NCBI GenBank assembly: GCA_964016885.1
Contig: OZ024741.1
Location: forward strand, 281,604,001-281,668,000
Source: Eledone cirrhosa
Lineage: Eukaryota
Direction of reading: 5' to 3'
DNA: 64,000 nt
In this document: piece by piece, positions 38,101-51,679 of the stretch
Layout of the letters: every line of letters starts with the position of its first letter
Numbering within the stretch: the first letter of the stretch is position 1
Notes under the pieces: model-generated
Told to the model about the DNA's origin: nothing
The model's database searches: none
The model's input: the letters and a program-made list of their open reading frames with translations, nothing else
Program-made: the position numbers and the translations under genes

Positions 38101-38634
38101 TTAATTTCCTATTTAAATTGCAGTAGCCTTTCCATACAACACAGTATTTTCTACATATTACACATTACTTCAAGTGAACTACATCTTATTCTAGAGTAAA
38201 TTTATATCAGCATATAGAAAATAGCTATATAACCAGTTAGAAATAGCTATATAACCAGTTAGAAATAGCATTCAAATCCCCACAATAATGTCTTAACAAA
38301 GGACACATTGGGTAATGTAGTCCAGGGTATACAATGCTAAAAAAAAAAAACAAGAGTGTCATAGCTTGAAAATCTTTCATTATTGGTCTGCTTGATCAGA
38401 TGTTATCTGGAGCTAATGAAAATAACAACATTTAAAACAGGTACGTGCAACCTTTTTCAAGCAGTGGGCAGCATCTGATATGGCTCATCGTGAGATGAGC
38501 CAAAATACTAAAAAAAATTCAAGACAATTTTGAAATTAGGTGTGCCATTAAGAAAACCAAAGGGCCTGCAGTTTGCCCATAACTGATTTAGAATGAAAGC
38601 TATATTCTTACCTAGTTACAAAGACTTATAATAT

Positions 38635-38930
38635 AGGCATTAGAATGAAATGCTTTGTGGTACTTGTTCAAATCCCGCTGAGGACAACTTTACCTTTCAT
38701 CCTTTTGAGGTTGATTAAAAAAAGCATTAGTCCAGTACTGGAATCAATTCTTCCTTTATATCTCTTTCTCACTTCCTCTCTTTCACTCTCTCCTTCTTAG
38801 AGTTCAGACCTGGAGAAGGGATGGGCTCTACCAGTTTTAAAATACTCAAGAAACACGATACGCCATGACAACGTCCCCTATGACTCCAAGAGTTATGGGT
38901 ATGTACGTATGTACATGCATACATACATAC
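38635..38930 (+). mobile_element. Deu/Nin-type SINE with the alternative (CATA)n tail
   Basis: GTTCAAATCCCG, CCTTTCATCCTTTTGAGG and a tail shared with 32565-32900, 47795-48100 and 49120-49420. Confidence 0.7.
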
Positions 38931-39021
38931 ACACATACCTACCTACACACACACCTACCTACCTACACACACACACACCTACCTACCTACCTACATACAC
39001 ACACACCTACCTACCTACCTA

Positions 39022-39054
<33 letters not shown>

Positions 39055-39066
39055 ATACATACATAC
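38920..39066. repeat. (CTAC)n/(CA)n compound microsatellite
   Basis: Directly visible. Confidence 0.9.
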
Positions 39067-42000
39067 AAAAACTTGTAATGACTTCTTCAAATTTAAGGTA
39101 TGTTAATATATCAAAGTTTAAAACTATAAACATTTTAATGTTTAAAAATACATTAAAAAACACAAAACAGAAAAAAAAAACAGCAAAGCACACAACCTAA
39201 TTTCTTTTATTCTATTTTCATTAATCCCATTGAAATGCTTTTAAAGGGTCAATTCCCAGGCTAATATTTTTAGGCATTTCAGATACATTCTGCAAATTAG
39301 ACAACAAAGATGTTGAAAGCTTTCAAAACTGCTGCTTTTTCTAGTCTTTGTCATTTTACATAGTTATCTTTTATTTCTCAGTTTCCCTGGAGAGATGATA
39401 AACATTCAGTTAACTCCTTATCTAAAATCCTATTGTTTGCTAACTGTTAATAGGTAGAAATGGCTTCTGTTGAAACAAGTTAACAAGCAATCACACCAAT
39501 CCTTGTATTATCTTCTATTGTCTTAGCTAAAGGTGCTAAATGTAGACATGTTGGTGTTATAAATATCATTTATGGAAACATAACCTTATTATCATTCTCA
39601 GCTAAACACTACTTAAATTATTTGTTTCCAATAAATACAATATCACACGGCAAACTAGAATTCCTAAAAGAGATTCCTTAGAAGATGGAAAGCAGAATAC
39701 ACTAGGGAACTGTTCTAAGAATACCAATATAAAAGATATAGAATGCAGTAAAAACAAATTTACAGGATGTCTATAATATTTTCTAATTTAGACACAACAT
39801 CAGTAATTTGTGATGTGGGGGAAATTCGATTATATCAACCCCAATACATGACTGGTACTTTATTGCCCCCGGAGAGATGAATGGTAAAATTGATTTCAGT
39901 GGGATTTGAACTCAATAGGTAAAAAACAAAACAGGTAATACTAACTGCAGCTGTTACTTGCAATTGAATATGACTTGTTAGTATGTACCATACTTTAACT
40001 ACAGTTTCTAGGTGCCCATGCAGTTGGAAGCTGACACAAACACCCTCTTGAGCCTCTCCCTCTCTCTCTTGATCCAGCAGAACATCCAGCAAGTAACATC
40101 TAGGAGAAGTCCTGGAATTGAATCCAATTGATCAAATACCCTAAGAACTAGGCATGCCCTTTTAGTGATAGAATGCTGGTTCATAGAATGAAGGAGTGGC
40201 AGTTTAAAGGCCATTTCTAGAACTGTAAAATATCTTTGGCAAAGGCACTTAACTCAATAGCTCAGTCTGCTAAGTTATCAATGAATACTAACTGGAAGGC
40301 ACTGCCAGCCATAATGCAGAAGAGCCGAAGATATTCAAATATTGGGACTTGACTGACTGCTTCATTTCCATACCAGTTGCCAAGACCTCTGATGTACTTG
40401 GTCCTCAAACTGTCATTTTCAACTGCAAAATTAGGATGAATACATTCTGTCTGAAAAAGGAGCCACGTAAGGTGGAGGGGCTGAAGTAGCAGGCGGCACT
40501 GACTGGTCTCCATGGCAATGATTTTGCTATCTGTCTGTGGTGTGCAGCTGAGATATGCTATCAAGACGATAATGAAGAGCCCCTATCTTGTTTGTGGGGT
40601 GCAGCTGAGATATATTACCAAGACGGGGGTGTAGAGCTTGTTCCTCCCCTCCCCCTTACACATATTTTCATTGTTTAATCTTTTTTCTTTCTTTCTTGTT
40701 TATTATGTGGTTGGTATATTCGTATTTCATTCACTATTACAATCAGCTAATATACACTATAAACATGTGTAATTCCTTAGCTGACCATGGTAAAAAAATC
40801 TATTCTGAATTGTAGAAAGCAGTGAGAATACTTCCTTATAAGGTGGCTGGTTTTAAGAAGGGCACTCTGCTGTAGAGATGAGTGTACACTTTGGTTATGT
40901 CAATGGCATCCAGCTGTAGAAAGCTTGTCAGACAAAGGGGCAGATGGACCCTTCAGTAGTGACAAAGACAAGGCAGCCTCCATTAGTGTTGATGTAATGA
41001 TAAAATGCACTCAGTAGAGTAAGGGATCGTATGTAAGCAAGATGCTAGCCTCCAGCACATCTGTGTATTGAGTATTGGCACCTTGCTAGCAAGGAAACAG
41101 ATTTTAAATGTTGATGATGGTGATCACTATAAAATATACAAAACTAACAATGATGCTTCACCAACCAAATATGTTGAAGGGAAATAATATCTTGCGGGTG
41201 AAAAGTCTCTAACTTTTTTGTTAACATATTTTTAATGAAAGACTGCCTATAATTTGCAAATCCTTTTGAAAATAAACATGAATTTGAAGGGATTCAGTAA
41301 TATGACTAACTTTCTCAACACATACTCCCATACCCAATATCTGACACTGCAATGCCACTGGCTCACACAACCAACATTCTAGACAGCCACAACATATTAA
41401 TGCTATACAACTCACATACAACACACCCTATACAATAAGCAGCTAATAAAATAATATAACACAACTCACACAACATATACTCTACAAGATTAATACCCAA
41501 TAAAATAACACAACTTACATTACACATACCATAAACAACAGAACTAACACCAAAATAACACCAGAAACTACAAGCTAAACTTAATTACAAGCTAAACAAC
41601 ACAAAACTGATGTAGTGCACTAACTCAGAGTCTATACACCCCTCTCTTTAAAAAAAGAGAAGACATAATGATGCTCACACCTCAATAAGTCAGAGGTGCA
41701 CCAGATGATGCAGTAGAAACTTGCATGAAACGTCAGAAAAAAAAATATCATTAACTAAAAATACAACTAATAAAAAAAGAAGAAAAGGGAAAGAAACTCT
41801 GAAAGAACTATAAAGTCTGTAGCTAATCTTTTTATGAGACAAGGAAGAAACTACGCATTATCTGATAGTACAGCTTTTTAGTTTTATTTATAGAGTAAGA
41901 TGTAAGTGGATCAAAAATAGACTGTTTCCAACAGTTTGGCATTTTATTCAGTAAACAAATCTAAGTATCAACAAGAACTCCAATGAACGCCTTATCTTAA

Positions 42001-42474
42001 TTCGTCTGCACTTAAACATTTCAGCTGAAATTGAAAATCCATTATATTCCACTCATTCCATTTTTGTACAGATGTTACGGACTTCAGTCATATGCTAGGA
42101 TATTGCAGATAAATATAATATACAATTATACCATTTACATACACAGAAGAACCTCGCACTAACTAGATTTGACATGAAGTTCTATAACAGTCATGGGCCA
42201 GCGAGCTGCATGCAGCCCGTTTGGCCTCTTGAATGGCACACCTGATTTCACAATTGCCATGAATTTTTTAGTAGTGCAGTCTGCCTACTTTTTGTTTTAA
42301 TAGAGTCATCAACTAATTCCTCTCTCTGTAATTTAACCCTTTTGTTAGCAGCCTGCTACAAACTACTTCTGGTTATAGGATGGAAAATTGTTTATTTTAA
42401 AGTGCCCTCTGTAAACCTCCTATTATAATTTTATGTAAGAACATTTTCTTAAGTCATATTCTAAACAACTTAAT

Positions 42475-42835
42475 AATTCTTCCTAACATTTGCACAAGAT
42501 CAACAATTTGAGGAAAGGGAAAAGTTGATTATATTGACCCCATTATTTAACCAGTGCTTTTATTGGCCCCAGAAGGATGAAAGGAAAAATTGACCTCAGT
42601 AAGATTTGAACTCAGAATGTAGGAAGATGGAATAATTAGCAGAATCAAAGCATTGGACAAAAAGCTTTGTGGCATTTGTTCTAGCTCTTTATATTCTGAG
42701 TTCAAATCCTGCTGAGGTCAACTTTGCCTTTCATCTTTCTGAGGTTGATAAAGTATTAATTCAGTACTGCGATCAATATAATTGATTTTTCCCTACCCCC
42801 AAATTTCTGACCTTGTATCACTGTTAGAAACAATT
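42475..42835. mobile_element. Head-to-head pair of Deu/Nin-type SINEs
   Basis: Minus copy ~42475-42625 and plus copy ~42630-42835. Confidence 0.7.
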
Positions 42836-43120
42836 TAGATGGAGTGTCAGTAGTTTTATTTTACTATTTCTTTTTAAATTTTGGCATAAGACTAACTTTT
42901 TATTTTTTTTGTGCAATGATGGAGTGGGATGGAACAAGTTCAGGCTAAATGAACCTGTAGGCTTGAAAACGAATAACTTTCTTTAATTTTAATACTTTTG
43001 ATACCAAGCTGCCCAAAGCTACCTCTGGTTCTATGAAACAAGACCACTGCCTATTAAAATTATAATCTTCCAACATAATTTTATATGAGAGTCATCTGTT
43101 ACAAATACTATCTTAATAAT

Positions 43121-43246
43121 TGTTTCGATTCTTGGCACAAGGCCAGCAATTATCCCAGTGTATTACTGGTACTTTATTTTATCGACCCCATAAGGATGAA
43201 AGGCAAAGTTAACCTCGGTGGGATTTGAACTCAGAATGGCAAGGGC
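43121..43246 (-). mobile_element. 5'-truncated SINE with a 13-bp TSD, inside a MITE
   Basis: CTATCTTAATAAT at 43108-43120 and 43247-43259. Confidence 0.88.
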
Positions 43247-43954
43247 CTATCTTAATAATGAAATATTTTTTGAAACCTTTTTAAAATCTCCATTAATTAA
43301 CTATATTTCATTAAAAATATAGTAATGGAAGGGTTGACTGGATAGAATACAAGTAAATTAGAGGTAATGTTTTTAAATGATCCAGTACTTATAGCTGACT
43401 AGTAGATGAACTGTGGCACAGTACAATACAGAGATCAATCAAGTAACATAACCAAAAACCTCTAATGATTTCAACTGATAACTTTTGAGTGGATAGCCCG
43501 AACAACACTTTAATCCATTTATTAACATATTTCTAATAATAAAAAAATAAAAAAAATAAAAAAAAAATAAAAATCACTGCCTAGAATTTTCAAATGATTT
43601 AGAAGTTTTAAAAGAATTAGTAATACAACTAACTTAAGCTGGTGTTTGGAACATAACTTGACAAAGGTTCCAACAAAATTGTGATAGAATGTTTTTAGAT
43701 AAATATAAACACTTTAAAATAAACAATTTTGTATCAGAAAACTAGGGGCAGTTTCAGGCAGTTTGGTATGAAATGGGTTAATCTCACTCAACCCTTGTAC
43801 TACTATAAATCTGGATATATTCAACTTGACATTTAAATTCTTCAATAAATCCATTGCAAACCTTGATTCTCATAGATCTACTACCTTTATATAACCTGAG
43901 CAGCTCTACTTAATTCTTTTGTTACTATATTCTTAATGAAATAAACTGTTTGAG

Positions 43955-45757
43955 TGCACATCCCAATGCCCACAGCTAATAGTTTAAAACAATGAGCAGC
44001 TACTTTAACAGCATGCAACTTCAAAATCCAATATAAGTCAACACATGAATTTGGTCGAGCTGGCGCATTATCTCATCTTATGGACAATGACACATCTCCA
44101 GAATAATAGGTTAACATGGCAACAGTTGAGGCAGAAACAGCAGTTCAAAGAATGTTATCAGATGCAGTCTGGTCACTACCAAAAACAGCAGATCATATTA
44201 AACATCACACAGAAAAAGAAAACAAGCTCCTTCAACAAGTTATCAGTTATCTACATTAGGGGTGACCAAAAAAAATGGTATAATAAAATAGTTTTTCAAT
44301 CGTCGTCAGTCACTATCTGTGGTCAATAGATGTTTAGTGTTTGCTAAACAAGTTGTGGTTCCACAGCCACTGCAAACAGCATATGACATCCAGGTATCAA
44401 TCGGATGAAAGCAAGTGCATGAAGTTTCGTTCATTGGAAACTCTTGGATCAAGAGTTGGACACTTTTGTAAAAACTGTGATGGTTGTATTTGTAGACTTA
44501 AACATTTGCCGAAACCCCAAAGCTGGGCACAAGATCAACCATGGAACTGTATTCATGTAGATTTTGCTGGTCCAGTTGATGGAGTCATGTATATGATTTT
44601 GGTTGACACATATTCAAATTGGCCAGAGATCAGAATAATGTCAAACACTACTAGTGCCGAAACAGTTGTTACAGACAATGGTAGTCAATTTACCCGTGAG
44701 ATTTTTTCCAAATGGTCTAATAAAAACAGCATTTATCATATAAAGTCACTCCCTTATTGTCCACAGTCTAATGGTCAAGCAGAATGCTTTGTTGATACAT
44801 TCAAGCAGGCGTTATTAAAGTCAAAGGAGGAGGGGTGCTAAAGGAAATAATATTAACCTTTCTATTAGCATACAAAAGCACACCTAATCCAAATGTACCA
44901 GGTGGAAATATCACCAGGTCAATATATGTTTAGAAGAAAACTATGAACAATGTTTGATTGCTTGATTCCAACACATCAGAATGCAGATAATAATGCAGAA
45001 TGCTTTGACTACAAAAATGAAAAAAATCACAATTAGTATGGAAGGAAGGTGCAACCAGGTGATACTGTACTTGTTTGCAACCATCGAGGACCAATAAGAT
45101 TGACAATGGGAGTGGTTATATGCAAATGGGGAAAGGTGATTTATGACATCCAAGTTGGACCAAACGTCTGGACTAGACATAACCAGATGTGTTACAAAAG
45201 CAGACTTTTACATCAATCTCAGCATGGGTCACAGCTACCACTTGAAATCATTTTAGACACCTTATCTACCCGTTACAAAAAAATAGTCAAAGATCAAACC
45301 AAACACTCCAACGTTCTACTCGCCAAAGAAAACAAGTATTGGCTCTGAAGGTAAACCCTCGTCTCCAATCATATATATGTCCAACGACTTCAAGGAGGAT
45401 ATGTTAGGAAGATCTACAGGTGAGAATCAAAATAATGACCTTCAAATTATCAAGGAAGACCAAATCATTGCTTTTCTACAAATGTAAAATAATCAACTTG
45501 GGAAAAAGGCAGATGTATGAATATTTGGCATACAAAATGGATTGGTCGAAACTAGGACAAGTATCACTCATTGGGTGAATCTACTATTGTCCAATCTACT
45601 ACAACATACATGCACGTTCCAGAACATTATAAAATCTTAACTGTATGTAAATATAGCAGACATTTTATAATTTTTGGTTGTTTGTGCACCTTCAAAAAGT
45701 CAGTGTTTTAATATATATTCATTTGCTCAAATTTCAATTGTTAGGAAATACATAACA
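43955..45757 (+). mobile_element. Ty3/Gypsy LTR retrotransposon remnant (RNase H end, integrase, PPT, putative 3' LTR)
   Basis: YKSTHEFGRAGALSHL; PWNCIHVDFAGP, VDTYSNWPE, TDNGSQFT, PQSNGQAE; purine tract AAGGAGGA then TGTTA(45402)...TAACA(45757). Confidence 0.85.
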
Positions 45758-46059
45758 GAAGTATTTACTAAAATGATTAACTATTTAACTACTATGATAA
45801 TATTGATAATATAACTTAACAAAAGTTTCTTATATCAAATCATGTTGGAAGATTTTAATTCAAGTAGGAACCCTTTAAAATGGGTAGTTTTGTTTCATTA
45901 AAACTGGAGACAGTTTGGGGTTGGTTGGTATTGAAAGGGTTAAAAGCTTTTCACTTATTTGGCTTCAAATGAAATAGCTTTCCTCTGAAGTTGTATAACT
46001 ACAATCTACCCATTTTAACAAATCTATACTAATTTTCATATGAAAGTCTGTTACCTAAT

Positions 46060-46500
46060 CATCATGTTCATCCTACTTTTTACATCTATTTTTCCATGCT
46101 TGTATTGGTTAGATGGACTTTTTCCACCACAGCCTCCCTCCACATGCTGTATTCCTCTGTCATCTCCTCTGTGAGGGTCAGCGTTTTAAGATCCTCCCTC
46201 ACCACCTCTGCCCATATTTTCCTTGGCCTTCCTCTACTACAGCTTCCTTCCACTGAGAGCTCTTGGCACTTCTTCACCCAATGATCATCCTCCATGTGCA
46301 TCACATGGCCATACCAGCAGTCTTACACTACATTTAATTCTTCTTATACTCTCAGCTTATCTATGCTTTTCACACACATGAACATCACAAATCCACCGAA
46401 GCATGCTTGTTGCATATCCTCTGCAGTTACTGCCCATGCTTCACTTTCCTTCAATGCTATACTTCACACACAGGTATCATACAGTCAACCTTTCAGTATC
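46060..46500 (-). mobile_element. Old RTE LINE 3' fragment
   Basis: WYGHVMHMEDDHWVKKC...GRPRKIWAEVVREDL. Confidence 0.8.
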
Positions 46501-46674
46501 TAAAGTTTCTGTTGCTTAGCTCCAAGTCACACCTGATCGAGCTGACCTATGGATCAAGTGTTCCAGCTGTGTTATCCCATCTTTTTAATATATTTAATAC
46601 ACTGATGAGTTCATTTTAAAAAAAAAACAATAAGGTGGGATTTGAAGAATATTTGGCAGCTATTTTTAAATTCT

Positions 46675-46862
46675 ACACAGTAAACATGGTTGGTGTTAGG
46701 AAGGGCATCCAGCTGTAAAAAAAAAAACCCCAGCCAAAATACAGTTCCATTTAAGCAGTGTGGCCAACTGACCAGATTTGTCTTATAATGTGGACAACCT
46801 GTCTAACCCATGCATGGATGGAAAAGATAGATGTTAAACAGTGATGATGATGATAATGATGA
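46675..46862 (+). mobile_element. RTE 3'-tail element
   Basis: GGTTGGTGTTAGGAAGGGCATCCAGCTGT...CTAACCCATGC...GATGATGATG. Confidence 0.75.
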
Positions 46863-47794
46863 ATGAATACACAGAAGCTTCCTTTTTGATCTGAAGTAGT
46901 TGGTAACAGTACCAATAATTAATTGGTCCAGTAAATACTCTAACTATAATGTACTCAATATCTCAGAAAGCATCCTTAACAACCAACAATTATGTATTCC
47001 CTAGGTAAAATGTACTCAAACATATGCCATTTTACCTGGAATTGCTCCTTAATCACCTCGCTCTATCAATTTACATATGTTGGTGTGGCTAGGGAAATAC
47101 TTTCTTCTATTTAATATCTCTTCCAAATTCTAAATTAACTGATATGATACACCAGTGAGATGCAAACTAAATGTTATTTATTTGCCAACATAGCAATCTG
47201 CTTTGCATAGGAGCACAATGAAAGGGAGAAATTACACATCCTCCAAAACTCTCTATCCATCATCAGTGTTCTGAGCTACCCCACACTAGTAGAAGCAATC
47301 TATCTATGCCAACTGTCAGGTCACCCATGTCTTTACAGTGCCCTCCAAATTTTCCAGTAGGTTATCAATTTAATTTGTTTTCCTTCTACCTCTGAATGTG
47401 TAACCATCTGATGGTTCCCATAGAACAAGATCACTTGCTATCTCCTCATTGTGACAAACACTGACCTGCATGTTTCATTCTCCTGTTTTATTTTTTACGT
47501 TACTGGCGGAAGCTGCTGATATAATTCTCTATTGGTGAGTCACGGTTACTATGAAACATGGGCATGTATAAAGATGGATGAACAAACTAGCAGTCAGTAT
47601 AGATGGATAGAAATGTTTAAACTCATAAATATATATAGTATAACCAGCAAATGGGATAAGACCCACATGCCATTAACTCAATCGTCATTCACCTGTTTCA
47701 TTGTATTTGGGCAGTATACTCAATTTTACATGACTTATTCACCTAGATGATGAAAATAGATATCAGATATTTTGGCAATCTTCCTACTTATGAT

Positions 47795-48100
47795 GGTATG
47801 TATGGATCCATAACTCTTGATGGAGTCATAGAAGTATCATAATGAGATACAGCATGTCTTGGGCTTTTTACACCTGATAAAGCCCAGCCTCTCTCCAGGT
47901 TTAAACACAGCTGATTTGTTCCAGAGAAGGAGAGTGAGAGTGTAAGAAAAATATATAGAATAAGAATCGACCTCAGTACTGAACTGGTACTATTTTTATC
48001 AAACTTGAAAAGATGAAAGGAAAAGTTGACCTTGGCAGGTTTTGAACACAGAACAGAGAGCACTGGAATGAATACCACAAAGCATTCTATTTAACAACTT
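47795..48100 (-). mobile_element. SINE with the alternative (CATA)n tail
   Basis: Collinear with 32565-32900. Confidence 0.7.
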
Positions 48101-48514
48101 AACCACCTTACCTTTGATGGACTTCTAACTAATTCAAAAGATTTATATCATCTGATTAATGCCATGAAACTGTATCTCAGTGCCATATCTTACAGGTCTT
48201 CAGAGGTTTACGAAGCATTTATATTATATTACCATAAACTCCATATCTAAGTACAATAATAACTTATATTTATTTTAGTACTAGCAGCAGTACTCAGCCA
48301 TGCTTAGATTTGTTATTAACTAAAATAAATATAATCAGATGAATTCACTAATATTTTGGATATACTGCTTCACACTCTTGATACCAACCTACTCAAAACT
48401 GCATCGAGTTCTATGAAATAACACATTTTAAAGTGTTCCTTATTAAATTAATGTCTTTAAACATAATTTGATTATAAGAACTTTTTGTTACTTTACATTA
48501 CAACTACCATATTA

Positions 48515-49420
48515 ATAATCATTTCTGATTTAGGCACAAGGCCAGCAACTTGAGGGGAGAGTCAATTATATCAACACCCTCCCCACTACTTGATTGGTAT
48601 TTTATCAACCCCAGGATAAAAGGATAAAGTTAACATTAGCAGGATGTGAACTCAGAATGTAAAGAATCGGAATAAATACATCAAAGCATTTTGTCCGATG
48701 CTCTAACAATTCTGCAAATCCACTGCTCTTATGTATGTATGGACCCATAAATCCTGAAAAAGTCGTAGGGGTGCCATACTGACATACAGCAGATTTCTTC
48801 CAGAGAAGGATAGAAAGTGAGAAACATGAAGTGAGAAAGAGATATAAAGGAAGAATCATCCCAAGTACTAGACCAGTACTTTTTTTTATCAACCTTAAAT
48901 GAACGAAAGGCAAAGTTGACCACGGCGGGATTTGAACTCAAAGAGTTAAAACAAATACTGCAAATCATTCTATCCGACGTTCTAACGACTGCCAATTCGC
49001 CGCCGTACTGCCTTTGTACCATCTTGATAATGAAATAATCCTTTTAGTAAATCCTTCCAAACTCTTCATTAATTCAAATACAATGTATTTCATCAGAAAT
49101 ATGGTAATGAAAGAGTTAGAGATGGAAAATTGGCAGAGTTGTTAGACTGTCAGACAGAATATTTTGTGGTATTCATTCCTGCTCTTTGTGCTCAGAGTTC
49201 AAATCCCACCGAGGTCAACTTTGCTTTGCATCCTTTTGAGGTCAATAAAAAAAAAATATCTGTCCAATACTGCACTCTATTCTCTCTCTCTCTCTCTCCC
49301 AAAGAAATTAGCTGTGTTCAGACCTGGAGAGGAGATGGGTTGCACCAAATTTTAAGAAAAGGCCCCCAAAACACTGTATGTCATCTTCAGCACCTACAAC
49401 TCCACCAATAGTTATGGATC
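48515..49420. mobile_element. Composite SINE/SINE/MITE half/SINE, inverted paralog of 32565-33400
   Basis: Same component order and junctions on the opposite strand. Confidence 0.75.
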
Positions 49421-49729
49421 AGAAAGAAAGAATGAAAAGCTTATGAATAAGCAGGTAATCTTCAGGTGGTCTGGGAATGTTGATTCACACACAATTGTTG
49501 CATACAAGAAGTTTACAAGATGATTCTAATGAAACCTCCTAAAAATGTAATAGATAAATAAACACAGAACTGAAGATATTTTCCACTTACATTTTCAAGG
49601 TAAACTTTTTTTTAATGTTTTGTTTTTCTTTTTCAAAATACTATATTAATTTACATTTTTTACTCTAAATGAATTATTTTTCTCTTTGGATAGCCTTAGT
49701 TTTTGTTTAGAGGCTATAACAACAACAAC

Positions 49730-50930
49730 AATAATAATGGTTTTTGATTTAGGCACAAGGCCAGCAATTTGAAGGGGAGGGGAAACCCAGTTAAATCAAC
49801 CTCAGTGCATTATTGGTGCTTTATCGACCCCGTAAGGATGCAAGGCAAAGTTAACCTTGCGGGATTTGAACTCAGAACATAAAGGGATGTAAATCTATGC
49901 TGCGAAGGATAGTGTCCAATGCTCTATCGATGCTGCTAATAATAGAATTAATATAGAGAAAAATAATGCTGACTGGCGCAGTCCATTATCAATTTAAATA
50001 TCTTGCAAAGACATTTGCTGTTTTCTTAATACACTTATGGTAACATTTGTATGTAATTGATTGTTAAATATGTGTAAATACCAAATTTTGCTTTGGGTGT
50101 CAGGTTAACACTTGGCAAAAAGCAGAATCCAAAAAAGGTTTCACATAATAATAATAATGATTTCTAGTATAGGCACAAGGCCAGTAATTTGGGGGGAGGG
50201 GAAAGTCGATTAAATCGACCCCAGTACGTTACTGATGCTTTATTTTATCGACCCCATAAGGATGAAAGGCAAAGTTAACCTCGGCAGGATTTGAACTCAG
50301 ACCGCAAAGGACCGTAACTCTGTGCTGCAAAGCATGGTGTCCGACTCTCTACTGATTCTGCCAATCCACCGCCCTTATAATAATAACAACAGCAATAATA
50401 ATAATTGTTTCTACTTTTTCCAGTGTATTACTGGAACTTTATTTTATTGACCCCGTAAGGATGAAAGGCAAAGTTAACCTCGGCGGGATTTGAACTCAGA
50501 ATGGAAAGGGCTGCAACTCTTTGCGTCAAGGCATGGCGTCCGACCCTCTACCGATACTGCCAATCCACCAACAGCAATAATAATAATGATTTCTAGTATA
50601 GGCACAAGGCCAGTAATTTAAGGGGAGGGGAAAGCCGATTAAATCGACTCCAGTACATTACTGGTGCTTTATTTTATCGACCCCATAAGGATGAAAGGCA
50701 AAGCAGGATTTGAACTCAGAACATAAGGGCCATAACTCTATGCTGCAAAGCACGTCCGACGCTCTACCGAGTCTGCCAATCCACCGCCCTTACAGCAATA
50801 ATAATAATGATTTCTAATTTGGGCACAAGACCAGTAATTTGTGGTGGGGGGAGGGCTAAGTCGATTATATCAACTCCAGTACTTGACTGGTACTTCATTT
50901 TATAAGCCTCATAAAGATGAAAGGCAAATA
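49730..50930 (-). mobile_element. Cluster of five same-orientation Deu/Nin-type SINEs
   Basis: Copies at ~49730-49940, 50147-50375, 50395-50570, 50575-50790 and 50797-50930; the last four are joined by (AAT)n. Confidence 0.88.
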
Positions 50931-51439
50931 ATAAATAATTGTTTCTACTTAATAATTGTTTATGTCAGCTTCCCATGAGGCCCGGACAGTCAGGTTACCA
51001 GTTATTGCTCATATGTTCCATATTTGGCATATTTTCTATGACTGGATGCCCTTCCTAACGCCACCCACATTACAGAATGTACTGGATGCAATTTATGATG
51101 CAGTGAGAAGTGCTGCAAGTTTGTAATAGTTGTTAGTATCAAGTAACAATCACAGAGCTTACGACTGCCTTGAAAACAGGCTCTCTTATGCAAAATTGTG
51201 GACTACAGCTTGGAAAATACATACATACAGTTTTATATATATATATATAAAGATATGTTAGAAATAAATAAAAAAGGGATGGTTAACTGTTTATATTGCT
51301 TGTAAGTGATACTTTCCTTAATCAAAAAGCTAACTAAACATTGGTTAGGAACATTTAAAGAGATATATGTAAATGATTGTATAAATAGCACATAACTTAC
51401 AGTTTACTGATCTAGGAACTTCTAATTTCCATTATTTAA

Positions 51440-51679
51440 CCCTTTCATTACCATATCTCTTATAAAAGACACTGCATTTGATATTCAAATAATTTTGAAA
51501 ACAATGAAGAATTTAGGGAGATTTAGTAATTTAACTTACTCATTATTATGCAGATGTTTGGAGCATAACTTAAAGGTTTTTACATAAAATTATGGTAGGA
51601 GGGCTTTTGGTTAAATACAAACATTTTAAAATAAGCAGCTTTGTATCACAGAACCAAGGGCAATTTTGTGTCAAAAGAG
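51440..51679. mobile_element. ~240-bp piggyBac-like MITE, representative of more than 10 copies or fragments in the window
   Basis: TTAA|CCCTTTCATTACCATAT ... TCAAAAGAG|TTAA; relatives at ~12590, 22013, 25975, 28850, 31050, 31966, 34460-35425, 42334, 42990, 43510 and 45760. Confidence 0.75.
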
